Under the pieces are notes generated by a model. The model was not told the DNA's origin. It searched no databases and was given only the letters and a program-made list of their open reading frames with translations. The position numbers were made by a program, and so were the translations under genes. From an uncultured Gemmatimonadales bacterium (GTDB lineage Bacteria; Gemmatimonadota; Gemmatimonadetes; Longimicrobiales; Longimicrobiaceae), in contig OY970303.1 of assembly GCA_963716255.1 (NCBI GenBank), forward strand, positions 672,001-736,000: a DNA stretch of 64,000 nt, written 5' to 3'. This document shows positions 1 to 10,614 of this stretch, one piece after another; position 1 is the stretch's first letter, and each line of letters begins with the position of its first letter.

Positions 1-1598
1 AGCGCCGACGGGCTCTCGGCCCGCTTCAGCAGCGCGAAGGCGTCGGCCACGGCGCGGTCCGCCACCGTCACCCGCTGCGCCGCGGCGTTGGCGCCGAACT
101 TGTGCTGCACCACCTCCTGGCCGATGCGGCGCTCGATGAAGGTGCGCGCCCCCTCGTACTGCTCCGGGGTGATCGCAAGGTTGGCCGCGCGCAGCCGGTC
201 GTAGAACTCGCGCCGCATCTCCGGCGTGACCGCGAAGTCGGGGCGGAGCTGCGGGTTCTGCCGGCCGTACTCGATGGCGTAGCGGAAGAGCACGTCGTTG
301 AACACCGCCCCGCCCTTGGATGCCGCGCGGAAGAAGTCCTGCTCCGCCACGGTGGCCGTGTCCGGGCGGACCATCAGGTCCGGGACGATCCCGCCGCCGC
401 CGTAGACGACGCGGCCCGTGGCCGTGCGGTACGGCCGGGTGGTGTCCGACTGCGCGCCGGGGATGGGCGTCCCCTCCTCGTCCACCGCCCCGGTGGCGGC
501 GGCCATGGTGGCCCGCGCGTCGCCCGCCTTGGGAAGGTCCTTCTGGATGGAGCGGCCCACCGGGGTGAACCACTTGGAGGTGGTCACCTTGAGGAAGTTG
601 CCCCCCGAGAGCGGGAAAAGGTCCTGCACCGAACCCTTGCCGTAGGAGCGCGCGCCGAGCACCACCGCCCGGTCGTGGTCCTGGAGCGCCCCGGCCACGA
701 TCTCCGCCGCGCTGGCGCTGTACTCGTCCACCAGCACCACGATGGGCATCTCCGGCGCGATCTCGCCGCCCCGGGCGCGCGCCACCGTGTTGTCGGCCGC
801 GGTGCGGCCCCGGGTCTCCACCACCGCCTGGCCGGGCTTCAAGAAGAGCTCGGACACGCCGACGCCCTGGTCCAGCAGCCCGCCCGGGTTCTCCCGCAGG
901 TCGAAGATCAGCTTCTTCATCCCCTGCCCGCGCAGCCTTTCCACGTTCTCGCGGACTTCCCTGGCGGAGGCCCCGCTGAAGATGGACAGGTTCACGTACC
1001 CCACCCCGTCGCCCATCATGAAGGCGTAGGGGACGGAGCTGAGGTGGATCTCCTCGCGCGTGATGCTGAAGGGAATGGGCTGCTCGACGCCGATGCGGAC
1101 GATCTTGACGTTCACCGGGGTCCCGCGGGCGCCGCGGAGCACCTTGACCGCCTGGTCGCTGTCCCACCCCCTGGTGGAGCGCCCCGCGATCTCGATCATG
1201 CGGTCGCCGGCGCGCAGCCCGGCCCGCTCGGCCGGGGTGCCCGGGAGCGAGGCGAGCACCGTCACCCACCCGTCGCGCTCCACGATCTGCGCCCCGATCC
1301 CGGCGTACTCGCCGGACATCGTGGTGTAGAACTCGTTGAACTCCTCGGGGGTGAGGAAGGAGGTGTGGGGATCGCCCAGCTCCTCGATCATCCCCTCGGT
1401 GGCCATCCGGTACAGGTCGCCGCTCTGGGGACGGTCGACGAAGCGCTCGGAGAGCAGGGTCATGACCTCGTCGAAGACGCGGGCCTGCTCGTAGATGTTC
1501 TTCTGGTCGGAAACGCCCTGCTGCAGGAGCCACCCGCCGGAAACGAGTGCGACTCCCGCGACCAGGGCGGGCGCGACGACGGTGCGCTTGAGCTTCAT
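1..1598 (-). CDS. S41 family carboxyl-terminal processing protease (PDZ + S41 domain), truncated by window edge
   Basis: Not in ORF track; hand translation of minus strand from ATG at 1598: MKLKRTVVAPALVAG..., GIGAQI (PDZ), DLRENPGGLL, SASAAEIVAGALQD, RSYGKGSVQ. Confidence 0.93.
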   Translation of the reverse strand, partial: MKLKRTVVAPALVAGVALVSGGWLLQQGVSDQKNIYEQARVFDEVMTLLSERFVDRPQSGDLYRMATEGMIEELGDPHTSFLTPEEFNEFYTTMSGEYAGIGAQIVERDGWVTVLASLPGTPAERAGLRAGDRMIEIAGRSTRGWDSDQAVKVLRGARGTPVNVKIVRIGVEQPIPFSITREEIHLSSVPYAFMMGDGVGYVNLSIFSGASAREVRENVERLRGQGMKKLIFDLRENPGGLLDQGVGVSELFLKPGQAVVETRGRTAADNTVARARGGEIAPEMPIVVLVDEYSASAAEIVAGALQDHDRAVVLGARSYGKGSVQDLFPLSGGNFLKVTTSKWFTPVGRSIQKDLPKAGDARATMAAATGAVDEEGTPIPGAQSDTTRPYRTATGRVVYGGGGIVPDLMVRPDTATVAEQDFFRAASKGGAVFNDVLFRYAIEYGRQNPQLRPDFAVTPEMRREFYDRLRAANLAITPEQYEGARTFIERRIGQEVVQHKFGANAAAQRVTVADRAVADAFALLKRAESPSA

Positions 1599-2339
1599 TC
1601 AGCCTCCGGATGTGCCTTGACCGGGGTGGGGGCCGTCTCCCGGGGCGGGAGCGCCGGTCTCGCGCTTGATAAACCCACTTCCGCGAAAAGTTTCTGGGAG
1701 CCGGGAGTCCAGCGCGGCGAGCACGCGCCGGTGCACTTCGGCCTCGGCGCCGAGCGCGTCCACCCGCACGATGCCCCGCACCTGGCGCGCCAGCTCCCGG
1801 TACCCCGCCGCCACGCGGGCGTGGAAGGCGGCGTCCTCGCGCTCCATGCGGTCCTGCGACTTGCCGGCCTCCCGCTGGCGGCGGGCGCCCTCCTCCGGCT
1901 CCAGGTCCAGCAGCACGGTAGCGTCGGGCTCCGTCCCCCCGGTGGCGAAGCGGTTGCAGGCGCGCACCTCGTCCAGCGGGAGCCCCCGTCCCGCGCCCTG
2001 GTACGCCAGGGTGGAAAGCTCGAAGCGGTCGGCGATGACCACCTCGCCGCGCGCCACGGCGGGGCGCACCACCTGCTCCACGAAGGCGGCGCGCGCGGCG
2101 AGCATCAGGAACAGCTCGCTCCGCGCGGGGACGCCGAGCCCCAGGTCGGCGAGGACGGTCTCCCGCACCCGCTCGCCCAGCGGCGTGGAGCCGGGCTCGC
2201 GCGCCACCGTGACCGTGGCGCCGGCGGCGCGCAGCGCGTCGGCCAGCAGGCGCACCTGGGTGGTCTTCCCCGCCCCCTCGACCCCTTCGAGGGCAAGGAA
2301 CAGGCCGCGGCGGGGGGCTGCGGCGGCGGCGTCCGTCAT
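1599..2339 (-). CDS. tmk: Thymidylate kinase
   Basis: EGVEGAGKTTQ P-loop, REPG, ADRFELSTLAYQG motifs. Confidence 0.96.
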   Translation of the reverse strand: MTDAAAAAPRRGLFLALEGVEGAGKTTQVRLLADALRAAGATVTVAREPGSTPLGERVRETVLADLGLGVPARSELFLMLAARAAFVEQVVRPAVARGEVVIADRFELSTLAYQGAGRGLPLDEVRACNRFATGGTEPDATVLLDLEPEEGARRQREAGKSQDRMEREDAAFHARVAAGYRELARQVRGIVRVDALGAEAEVHRRVLAALDSRLPETFRGSGFIKRETGAPAPGDGPHPGQGTSGG

Positions 2340-2364
2340 GGGGCGAAGCGGTGCGGTGGGAAGG

Positions 2365-3492
2365 TCAGGAAACGGCGGCGGCCGGGTGCAGCGGGAGGAC
2401 GAAGTGGAAGTCGCTCCCCGCGCCGCGGGCGCTCCGCACCCAGATGCGGCCCCCGTGCGCCTCCACGGCCAGCTTGCAGAAGGTGAGGCCCAGCCCGGAG
2501 GAGCTCTGCCCCGCGGGGACGCTGCCGTACTTGCGGAAGATGACGTCCTGGAACTCGTCGGCGATCCCCGCCCCGTCGTCGGAAACGGTGAAGCGCACGC
2601 CGCTCTCCTCCTCGGGCTCGGCGCGGAGGCGGATGCGCACCCCGTCGCCGCCGTGGCGCATGGCGTTGCCGATCAGGTTGCCCAGGACGCGGCGGAGCAG
2701 GTGCTCGTCGGCGCGCACCGAGACCGCGGGCGAGGCGTCCACCGCCACGGAGGAGCCCCGCCGCTCGGCCGGGAGGCGCCACTCCTCCGCCACCTCGTCC
2801 AGCAGGCTGTCCACCTCCAGCTCGCGCAGCTGCAGGCGCACCTCCGACTCCTCCAGCCGGGCGATCTCCAGCAGGTTGTCCACCATGCGCAGCATGTCGT
2901 CGCCGCGCTCGCGGGCGTCGCCCAGCAGGCGCTTCTGCCGGGGCGACAGCGCCCCCAGGTCGCCCTCCACCGCCAGCTCCAGCGTGCCGATGATGGCGGA
3001 AAGGGGCGACTTGAGGTCGTGGACGATCATCCGCGTCAGGTCGTCGCGGAGCTGCTCCAGCTCCTGGAGCTTGCGGTACGAGCGCTCCAGCTCGTCGCCC
3101 GCGGCCTTGAGGCGCAGGAGCGAGCGGATGCGGGCCAGGAGGAGCGGGCGGTTGAAGGGCTTGGTGAGGAAGTCGTCGCCGCCGGCCTCGATGGCGCGGA
3201 GCTTGTCCTCGCTGTCGGAAAGGGCGGTGACGAAGACCACGGGGATGCCGGAGGTGTCCGGGTCGGCCTTGAGCCGGCGGCACACCTCGATGCCGTTCAT
3301 CCCCGGCATCATCACGTCCAGCAGGACCAGGTCGGGCGAGCGCTCCCGGGCCGCGCGGAGCGCCTCCTCGCCCGAGAAGGCGCCGGTCGTGCGGTAGTCC
3401 ATCGCCCCCAGCAGGTCGCAGAGCAGCTCGACGTTGACGGGGTCGTCGTCCACGACGAGCAGGAGCGGGGCCTCGCCGGAGGGTGTGCTCAC
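2365..3492 (-). CDS. Hybrid receiver + histidine kinase (REC-HisKA-HATPase)
   Basis: C-terminal part of ORF 2365..4356; GTG start overlaps upstream stop (GTGA); [39 protein letters not shown]. Confidence 0.92.
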   Translation of the reverse strand: MSTPSGEAPLLLVVDDDPVNVELLCDLLGAMDYRTTGAFSGEEALRAARERSPDLVLLDVMMPGMNGIEVCRRLKADPDTSGIPVVFVTALSDSEDKLRAIEAGGDDFLTKPFNRPLLLARIRSLLRLKAAGDELERSYRKLQELEQLRDDLTRMIVHDLKSPLSAIIGTLELAVEGDLGALSPRQKRLLGDARERGDDMLRMVDNLLEIARLEESEVRLQLRELEVDSLLDEVAEEWRLPAERRGSSVAVDASPAVSVRADEHLLRRVLGNLIGNAMRHGGDGVRIRLRAEPEEESGVRFTVSDDGAGIADEFQDVIFRKYGSVPAGQSSSGLGLTFCKLAVEAHGGRIWVRSARGAGSDFHFVLPLHPAAAVS

Positions 3493-4712
3493 CGCCCCAG
3501 CAGGGTCAGCGACAGCGTCATGCGCCAGTACGACTCGTCGAGGACGCTGTCGCCCCCGCCGCGCCACCCGCGCTCGCCCCCCAGGTCCATCTGCGCCGCG
3601 CCGCCGGCCAGGCGGGCGCCCAGCCCCGCCGTCAGCGCTTTCTCGCTGGGGAAGGCGGCGCCCGCGCTTTCCGGCCCCCAGCGGAAGGGGAGGGTGGCGT
3701 ACCGCGCGCCCAGGCGCAGCGGGAAGGAGCGCTCCTCGGGGGTGGACGGGCCCAGCTCCACCCCGCCCGCCACCATCCACGAGTCCCGGGCGCCGCCCGC
3801 GCGCGCCAGGTCCTCGTCGGCGGCGGACCACCCGGCCCACTGCGCGTTGAGCACCACCAGCGCGCCGGGGGTCACCCGCCCGCTCGCGCCCACGTCGAAG
3901 GTGAGCGGGAGGGCGTAGTCCCTGCCCACGGACAGGCTGTCGGCGTCGCTGGCGGGGCGCCCCTCCAGGGTGCCGCCCGCCGTGACCGACGCCGCCACGT
4001 TGAGCGCGTCCGTGGGGACCCAGCGCACCCCCAGCGAGGCCCCCAGCGCGCGGTACGACCACTCGGTGGTGTAGGAGGTCGCGAGCAGGTCGGTGCTCCC
4101 CGGCACGGTGTCGCCGCGCGCGAAGCGGCGGCTCAGCGTGTCGCGCACCGAGCCGGTGTACAGGTCGCCGCCCACGCCCACGGAAAAGCGCTCGGTGAAC
4201 GAGTACGCCGCCCCCGCGCGGATCCGCGTGACCCCGCCGCGCGAGGTGAAGCGGTCGACGATCGCCACGTCCCGCCCGGGGAGCGCCAGGGTGTCCTGGT
4301 TCTCCACCGCCCAGGTCTGGTCCAGGTACGAGCCGAACCCCGCGGAAAAGGTCCACCGCGTGCCGAACGGGAACACCGCGTTGAGGAGCGGGAAGCGCGC
4401 CGTGCTCCCGTCGGTGTCCTGCCCGGGGAGCGAGCTGGTGTAGAAGTCGGGCTGGAATGCCACGGTGATCGCCGGGGCCGGGAGCGCCGCGATCGCCGCG
4501 GGGTTGATCAGCGAAAGGCCGCCGCCGGGAAGCGCCAGCGCCGCGCCGCCCAGCGCGCGGGCCCGCCCGTCGATGGGCGGATTGACATAGCCCAGCCCGC
4601 GGCTGGCGAGGAGCGACTGCGCCGCGGCGGGCGCGCTCCCCGCGAGCAGCGCCGCCCCGGCGAGGAGGAGCGCGGCCGGGCCGCGGACGATGTGTGTCTT
4701 CATGGGTCTCAT
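3489..4712 (-). CDS. Outer-membrane beta-barrel protein, FadL/PorV-like superfamily
   Basis: Signal peptide ending [12 protein letters not shown]...INPAA motif; alternating beta-strand pattern; ATGA overlap with upstream gene. Confidence 0.65.
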   Translation of the reverse strand: MRPMKTHIVRGPAALLLAGAALLAGSAPAAAQSLLASRGLGYVNPPIDGRARALGGAALALPGGGLSLINPAAIAALPAPAITVAFQPDFYTSSLPGQDTDGSTARFPLLNAVFPFGTRWTFSAGFGSYLDQTWAVENQDTLALPGRDVAIVDRFTSRGGVTRIRAGAAYSFTERFSVGVGGDLYTGSVRDTLSRRFARGDTVPGSTDLLATSYTTEWSYRALGASLGVRWVPTDALNVAASVTAGGTLEGRPASDADSLSVGRDYALPLTFDVGASGRVTPGALVVLNAQWAGWSAADEDLARAGGARDSWMVAGGVELGPSTPEERSFPLRLGARYATLPFRWGPESAGAAFPSEKALTAGLGARLAGGAAQMDLGGERGWRGGGDSVLDESYWRMTLSLTLLGR

Positions 4713-6040
4713 GGAAGCGCCGGCCGCGCGGGAAGCGTGTAGACGATGCGCAGGCGCGGCGCCGCGGTGAACCACGCCGCGCCGAAGCTGAGGGACCGGG
4801 GAACGCCGAAGAGCGTGCCCGGGTCGCTGAGCAGCGCCAGCGAGAAGCGGGTGGTGTCGCTGGCCACCTGGTTGCTCGCGAAGCTGGTCAGCGGCACCGC
4901 CAGCACCGAGTCGGCCGGGACGAAGCGCGACCCCCCGTACACCGGCCGGCTGTTCAGGTCCAGCCCGATGATCTCGTTGACCACGTCGCCCAGCGGGGCG
5001 CGGCGCCCCAGCTCCGGCTCCGCCACCCGGCGCAGCGCGATGGGCACGGGCGCCACGGGGCGGAAGCCGCCCGGGACCGCCGTGGGGGTGAGCAGGAGCG
5101 ACACCTCGTTGAGCGTCACCTCGCGGGTGGCGACGCGGGCGCAGGCACCGCTCTGGCACCCGGGGAGCGTACCGGGAAGCTGCACCCGGAGCAGCGTGCG
5201 CGCCGAGCGGATCCCTCCCGCCTGGAGGATCCCGGCCGCCGGCGAGGGCTGGTCGGGGTCGAAGACGAACCGCGCCGCCGTGGGCGACACGTTCACCGCG
5301 AGCACCGTGTCCGGCGACGCGCTGCGGGGGTGCGCCCCGGTGCGGAGCTGGATCCCGCCGGCCAGGAGCTGCACGCGCCCCTGCGCGCCGGTCGCGGTGA
5401 TCAGCAGCCCGGGGAAGCCGGTGCGCGCGATGCGCTGGACCGCCAGCGAGTCCAGCGCGAAGACCACCGAGTCGCCCGCGGCGCGAGCCCCGGTGGTCAG
5501 CGTGGCGCTGGAAAGCAGCGCGGCGCGCGAGCCGCCCGGCTGCGTCCAGCGCACCTGCCCGCCCACCGTGTCCACCGCGAACGCCCACGAGACCGTGGCC
5601 GGGTGCCACGCCTGCCCCACCTCCCAGAGCTGCAGCTCGATGGGCCCGGCGGAGGTGGAGGCGACGCTGTCCAGACGCGCCACCAGCGCCCCGCGGCCCA
5701 GAGTGGCGAGACTGTCCGTCTTTGCCGTCCCGCCCTGGGTGTAGCTGAACGAGGCGGGGAACGCGGCGAGCGTCACCAGCGTGTTCGCCTGGAGGGTCCC
5801 GTCGAAGCGGTTCGCCACCAGCTGGTAGTCCGCGTCGCCGGGGCCGGAGTACCCGGTGAAGCTGCCGAGCTGCTGGAAGAAGCTGTCCGCCGGGAGAACC
5901 ACCTGGAAGGTGGAGGGGAGGCTTCCCGGGAAGACCTCCCCGCCGGTGGCCGTGGGGGGGTCGTCCGTGCAGGCGACCGCCGGAAGGGACAGGAGCGTGG
6001 CGCAGGCCAGCGCCCTCCCGAGGCTGAAACGACGTCGCAT
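4709..6040 (-). CDS. Hypothetical lipoprotein (beta-rich)
   Basis: C-terminal part of ORF 4709..8095; [24 protein letters not shown] lipobox-like; natural-looking composition. Confidence 0.75.
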   Translation of the reverse strand: MRRRFSLGRALACATLLSLPAVACTDDPPTATGGEVFPGSLPSTFQVVLPADSFFQQLGSFTGYSGPGDADYQLVANRFDGTLQANTLVTLAAFPASFSYTQGGTAKTDSLATLGRGALVARLDSVASTSAGPIELQLWEVGQAWHPATVSWAFAVDTVGGQVRWTQPGGSRAALLSSATLTTGARAAGDSVVFALDSLAVQRIARTGFPGLLITATGAQGRVQLLAGGIQLRTGAHPRSASPDTVLAVNVSPTAARFVFDPDQPSPAAGILQAGGIRSARTLLRVQLPGTLPGCQSGACARVATREVTLNEVSLLLTPTAVPGGFRPVAPVPIALRRVAEPELGRRAPLGDVVNEIIGLDLNSRPVYGGSRFVPADSVLAVPLTSFASNQVASDTTRFSLALLSDPGTLFGVPRSLSFGAAWFTAAPRLRIVYTLPARPALP

Positions 6041-6126
6041 CAAGTGATCCGCTCTGGAATGTTCTCGCGCGGCGGGACGCTCGGGTCCGCCGCGCCGGGG
6101 AGCCGCGGGGCGCGAAGCCTCGAGGC

Positions 6127-7290
6127 TCACGGGCTCCCGGCCTGAAGGTAGACGCGCGGGAGGCGCCGCGTGAGCCCGGTGAGGATCTCGTACGAGATGG
6201 TCCCGCACCGCTCCGCGACCTCGTCCACCCGGATCTCCTCGGCGCCGTCCCGCCCGATGAAGGTCGCCACGTCGCCGGCACGCACGCCGGAGACGCAGGT
6301 CAGGTTTAACACCGTCACGTCCATTGAGATCCGTCCGACGATCGGGACGCGCGCTCCGCGCACGATCGCCTCGCCCCCGGAAGCGCCCAGCACGCGCCGC
6401 AGCCCGTCGCCGTAGCCGATGGCCACCGTCCCCCACACCTCGCGCCCGGAGGCCGTGTGGGTGGCGCCGTAGCCCAGGCTCGTCCCCGCCGGCACCTCGC
6501 GCACCAGGGCGAGCCGCGCGCGCACGGAGGCCACGGGCTCGGGATGCACGTCGGCGCCGGCCATCCCCCCGTACAGGAAGATGCCCGGCCGGACCAAGTC
6601 GCACCCGTAGCCGGCGCGGCGCAGGGCGGCGGCGCTGTTGGAGGAGTGGACCACGCGGGCGGGATCCCCCTCCGCGGGCGCCGGGAGGAGGGACAGCGCG
6701 TGGCGGAAACGCTCCCACTGCCCGTCGGTCGCGGCGAGGTCGGGCTCGTCGGCCGAGTGGAAGTGGGTGAAGCACCCTTCCCAGAGGAGCCGGCCCGCAG
6801 CGATCCGCGCGGCCTCGGCGCCCCACTCCGCGGCCTCCGCCCACGGGAGCCCGGCGCGCCCCATCCCCGTGTCCACCTCCAAGTGGAAGGGGAGCCGGCG
6901 TCCTCGTTCCTCCGCCAGATCCGCCCAGCGCCGCAGCGCCTCCAGCTCCGAGACGGAGGGGGTCAGCCCGGCTCGCGCGGCGCGGGCGAGCTCGTCCGGC
7001 GGGACGGGAGCGGCGAGCAGCACGCGCCCCGTCCATCCCACGTCGCGCAGCGCCTCGCCCTCCACGACGGCCGCCACCCCGAATGCCCACGGCCCGTCCG
7101 GGGCCAGCTCTCGCCGCAGCGCGTCGGCCACCGCGCGGATCCCCAGCCCGTAGGCGTCGGCCTTGACCATGGGGACCACCGCGGCCCCGGGGCCGACGGC
7201 ACTCTGCACGCGGCGCAGGTTGCGGCGGAGGGCGTCCAGGTCGACGTCGACCCACGCACGGGAACGGAGAGGCGTTGACGGACTGGACAC
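6127..7290 (-). CDS. alr: Alanine racemase
   Basis: VKADAYGLG (PLP lysine), DTGMGRAG, VRPGIFLYG, GYGAT, GRISMD. Confidence 0.96.
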   Translation of the reverse strand: MSSPSTPLRSRAWVDVDLDALRRNLRRVQSAVGPGAAVVPMVKADAYGLGIRAVADALRRELAPDGPWAFGVAAVVEGEALRDVGWTGRVLLAAPVPPDELARAARAGLTPSVSELEALRRWADLAEERGRRLPFHLEVDTGMGRAGLPWAEAAEWGAEAARIAAGRLLWEGCFTHFHSADEPDLAATDGQWERFRHALSLLPAPAEGDPARVVHSSNSAAALRRAGYGCDLVRPGIFLYGGMAGADVHPEPVASVRARLALVREVPAGTSLGYGATHTASGREVWGTVAIGYGDGLRRVLGASGGEAIVRGARVPIVGRISMDVTVLNLTCVSGVRAGDVATFIGRDGAEEIRVDEVAERCGTISYEILTGLTRRLPRVYLQAGSP

Positions 7291-7304
7291 AAGCCGAGTA
7301 GTAT
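7275..7304 (+). promoter_or_regulatory. Putative sigma70-type promoter for mazG
   Basis: TTGACG (7275-7280) N18 TAGTAT (7299-7304), 9 nt before the GTG start. Confidence 0.45.
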
Positions 7305-7313
7305 AGGCCGACC

Positions 7314-8114
7314 GTGGAGACCACGCAAGCAGAAAACCAGCCCTCTCGCCCCGTTTCCGGGGGCGTCCTCGACCGTGCCCTCGGGCTGGTCGAGTTCCTG
7401 CGCGCCCGCTGCCCCTGGGACGCGGCGCAGACCCCGGCGTCGCTCCAGCCGCTGCTGCTGGAGGAGGCGCACGAGGTGGCGGACGCCATCGCCGCGGGCG
7501 ACGAGCCCGGCCTTCGCGACGAGCTGGGCGACCTGCTCCTCAACCTGGCCTTCCAGGTGGTCCTCGCCGAGGAGCGCGGCGCCTTCGGACGGGAGGCGGT
7601 GGCCGCCGGCCTGGAGCAAAAGATGCGCCGCCGGCACCCCCACCTCTTCGGGCTGGGCGAGGCGGAGCCGTGGGCAGAGATCAAGGCGCGGGAGCGGGCT
7701 GCGCGCGGCGGGGGAGAGGGGCTGCTGGACGGGCTCGCCTCGGGGATGGACCCGCTGCTGCGCGCGTACCGGATCCAGGAGCGGGTGGCGGAGGTGGGGT
7801 TCGACTGGCCGGACCCGGGCGGCGCCTTCGACAAGGTGCGCGAGGAGGTGGAGGAGGTGCGCCACGAGCTGGCCGGCGGCGACGCCGACCGGCTGGAGGA
7901 CGAGCTGGGCGACCTGCTCTTCGCCGCGGTCAACCTGGCCCGGCTGGCGAGGGTGCACCCCACGACCGCGCTGGCGCGCGCCAACGCAAAGTTTTCCGGG
8001 CGCTTCGGCGCGCTCGAGCGCCTGGCGCGGGAGCGCGGGGTGGTGCTGGGAAGCGCGTCGCTGCAGGAGCTGGACGTGCTGTGGGACGAGGTCAAGCGCG
8101 CGGAGAGGGGATGA
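7314..8114 (+). CDS. mazG: Nucleoside triphosphate pyrophosphohydrolase MazG
   Basis: CPWDAAQT, EEAHE, ELGDLL twice, RRHPHLF, GFDWPD. Confidence 0.95.
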   Translation: METTQAENQPSRPVSGGVLDRALGLVEFLRARCPWDAAQTPASLQPLLLEEAHEVADAIAAGDEPGLRDELGDLLLNLAFQVVLAEERGAFGREAVAAGLEQKMRRRHPHLFGLGEAEPWAEIKARERAARGGGEGLLDGLASGMDPLLRAYRIQERVAEVGFDWPDPGGAFDKVREEVEEVRHELAGGDADRLEDELGDLLFAAVNLARLARVHPTTALARANAKFSGRFGALERLARERGVVLGSASLQELDVLWDEVKRAERG

Positions 8115-8238
8115 CACGATCCTTGCGGTTCCAGCCCGGCCGGTCCCGCGCTCCCGGGTCTTCCCCGCGAGAGCGGACTTCACCCTCCGACGCCGTACGG
8201 ATGACCCGTTCCCATAGATCAGCGGAGAGGCGGACCGG

Positions 8239-9714
8239 ATGAGCCTGCGCAAGCGGATCGTCCTCAGCCTGGCGCTCATCTCCTGCATCCTGGTGGCGCC
8301 CGCCGCCTACGGCGTGCTGTCGCTGAGGGCGCTGCAGGACGTGGCGCGCACCCTCCGCTTCCGCGCCGCGGAGGCCTCGCTGACGCTGGGGCAGCTGCAG
8401 CGGGCACTTTCCGAGGTGGAGTACGCCGAGCGGGTGTACCTGGCGTTCCCGTCGGGGGAGCAGGCAGCGGTTGCGCGGCAGGGGGTGGAAACGAGCCTGG
8501 CCCGCGTGGACACGGCGCTCACCAACCTGCGCAGCGCCGGCTTCGCCGCGCAGGTCCGGCCCACCGGGCATCGCTGGGTGGAGCTGAAGGCGGCCATCCA
8601 GCAGGCGAACGCGCTCGCCGGCTCCGGGCAGGTGGAGCTGGCGGACACCTTCCGGGTCCGGGAGCTGGAGCCCCGCTTCGCCGCGGTGATCGGGACGCTG
8701 CCGCCCATCGGCCAGGCGATCGACAGCGCGAGCCAGGCGCAGGTGGCCCGCGCGGAGGAGATCGCCACGCGCGCGGTCACCACCACCGGGCTGGCGCTGG
8801 CGGCGGCGCTGGCGCTGACGGTGCTGATCGGCGGGTGGCTGACGCGCACGCTGCTGCGGCCCATCCACGAGCTGCGCCGGGGGATGGCGGTGGTGGCGGA
8901 GGGCGACTTCACGCCGGACGTGCGGGTGAACTCGCGCCGCGAGGACGAGCTGGGCGACCTGGCGCGCTCCTTCGACTCCATGACGCGGCAGCTGTCGGAG
9001 CTGGACCGGCTCAAGGCCGAGTTCGTGTCCGTGGCCTCGCACGAGATCAAGACCCCGCTCAGCGTCATCCGCGGCTACACCGCGCTGCTTCTGGACGGGA
9101 TCTACGGCCAGGTGTCGGACCCCCAGAAGAAGACGCTGGCCTCCATCTCCGACCAGACGGACCGGCTCACCCGCCTGGTGCAGCGCCTGCTGGACATCAG
9201 CCGGTTCGAGGCGGGGGGCGGGAGGCTGGAGCTGCGGGAGATCCCGCTCCGCTTCTTCCTCAACGACCTGGCGCACGGCTTCGACGCGCTGGCGATCCAG
9301 AACCGCATCGACTTCGCGATGGAGATCGCCGCGGACCTCCCCGAGAGCATGACCGGCGACCCGGACCGGCTCAACGAGGTGCTGGGCAACCTGCTCTCCA
9401 ACGCCTTCAAGTTCACTCCCCAGGGCGGGCAGATCCGACTGGTGGCGATGCCCGCGCCGGACGGCCTGGTGATCGAGGTGCGGGACACGGGAATCGGCAT
9501 CGCGGCGGACAAGCTCCCCAAGATCTTCGAGAAGTTCTTCCAGGTGGAGAACGAAGCGCAGCCGCGGTCGGTGGGGTCGGGGCTGGGGCTGGCGATCGCG
9601 CAGGAGATCGTGGATGCCCACGGAGGCACGATCACTGCAGAGAGCCAGGTGGGCCGGGGGACGACCTTCCGCGTCATCCTCCCGCTGCGGCCGCCGGTGG
9701 CGAGCGCGGCCTGA
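8239..9714 (+). CDS. Membrane sensor histidine kinase (periplasmic helical sensor, HAMP, HisKA, HATPase)
   Basis: Two TM helices, HAMP (REDELGDLARSFD), SHEIKTPL, NLLSNAFKFT, DTGIGI, GSGLGL. Confidence 0.94.
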   Translation: MSLRKRIVLSLALISCILVAPAAYGVLSLRALQDVARTLRFRAAEASLTLGQLQRALSEVEYAERVYLAFPSGEQAAVARQGVETSLARVDTALTNLRSAGFAAQVRPTGHRWVELKAAIQQANALAGSGQVELADTFRVRELEPRFAAVIGTLPPIGQAIDSASQAQVARAEEIATRAVTTTGLALAAALALTVLIGGWLTRTLLRPIHELRRGMAVVAEGDFTPDVRVNSRREDELGDLARSFDSMTRQLSELDRLKAEFVSVASHEIKTPLSVIRGYTALLLDGIYGQVSDPQKKTLASISDQTDRLTRLVQRLLDISRFEAGGGRLELREIPLRFFLNDLAHGFDALAIQNRIDFAMEIAADLPESMTGDPDRLNEVLGNLLSNAFKFTPQGGQIRLVAMPAPDGLVIEVRDTGIGIAADKLPKIFEKFFQVENEAQPRSVGSGLGLAIAQEIVDAHGGTITAESQVGRGTTFRVILPLRPPVASAA

Positions 9715-9739
9715 CCCGAATCCCAAAGACCGACCGTTG

Positions 9740-10351
9740 ATGAAGCCGACCCGAGGGCTCGTTTTCCTGCTCGCCCTGTTCCTCGCGGCGTGCGCCACGC
9801 TCGCGCCGGGCTCCGGCGGCCGCGAGGGGAAGCGCCTGTGGACCGAGGCGCACCTCGCGCTGCGCGCCGAGAACTTCCGCGCTGCGGACTCGCTCTTCAC
9901 CCGCCTGGCCACGGCCCACCCGCGCACCGAGGAGGGCCACGAGGCGCTCTTCTTCCTGGGCGAGATGCGCATGGATCCGCGCAACCCCGGGTGGAACTCG
10001 CGCCTTGCGGCGGACTACCTGCGCCGCTACCTGGCGCCGGGCGACTCGTCGCCGCGCGCCGAGATCCACCGCCAGCCGGAGGCGAACACCTTCCTGGAGC
10101 TGGCCAACCAGCTCAACCTCCCCGCCGGCCAGCGCATCGGCGCGCTCCAGCCGGGAACCCCGGTCGAGGTGCGCCCGCCGGCGGCCGCGCCGGTCCCCCA
10201 GCGCGTGGTCCCCAGCGAGGAAGCGGCCGCACTGCGGGTGGAGATCGAGCGGCTCCGCGCGCAGGTGGCCGAGCGCGACGAGACGATCCAGCGGCAGCGC
10301 GACGAGCTGAACCGCATCCGCAACACCCTGGCCCCGGGGCGACGGCCGTAG
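9740..10351 (+). CDS. Lipoprotein with TPR-like helices and C-terminal coiled coil
   Basis: Re-called ATG 9740: MKPTRGLVFLLALFLAAC lipobox; C-terminal LRVEIERLRAQVAERDETIQRQRDELNRIR. Confidence 0.8.
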   Translation: MKPTRGLVFLLALFLAACATLAPGSGGREGKRLWTEAHLALRAENFRAADSLFTRLATAHPRTEEGHEALFFLGEMRMDPRNPGWNSRLAADYLRRYLAPGDSSPRAEIHRQPEANTFLELANQLNLPAGQRIGALQPGTPVEVRPPAAAPVPQRVVPSEEAAALRVEIERLRAQVAERDETIQRQRDELNRIRNTLAPGRRP

Positions 10352-10352
10352 G

Positions 10353-10390
10353 GAACGGCGAGGGAAGAGGGAACAGCCTGCAACGACAAC
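10353..10390 (+). repeat. Short repeat family D copy (GAACGGC..(GGGRACA)n GCCTGCAAC)
   Basis: 38 nt with 2 mismatches to 54496-54533. Confidence 0.8.
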
Positions 10391-10594
10391 GGCGCCCCCA
10401 CGGGAAGATCCCGGTGGGGGCGCCGTTTTGCCGTTCGCAGTGTCGTCGTACCCATATGCTTCTGTACGGGGGGAGACTCGCCGGCTGTTTGGCGAGGCTC
10501 ACCCCGGCGAGGTGAGACAGCCGGGCAGTTTCGGCTGGCTCGCCGAGCCCGCGGAGGAGACCGGTGGCTGTATCGCCGGGCTCCGGAGCGGCCC
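10388..10594 (+). repeat. Structured repeat family A copy 1 (leading hairpin + three GAGAC/GGCTC hairpin modules)
   Basis: Hairpin 10388-10427; modules at 10473-10500, 10514-10541, 10557-10583; homologous to 41598-41800 and, reversed, to 34851-35051. Confidence 0.9.
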
Positions 10595-10614
10595 GCCTCC
10601 ACGCAAAGAAACCC

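Noticed and set aside
102..2486. Long plus-strand ORFs (e.g. 102..2486, 10564..12819, 30056..32839, 41692..44577)
   Set aside because: Antisense shadows of clear minus-strand genes; high GC suppresses stop codons and no motifs are recognisable.
7314..8114. mazG as an anti-phage or toxin-antitoxin component
   Set aside because: Standard two-domain housekeeping MazG with no mazEF or defence genes adjacent.
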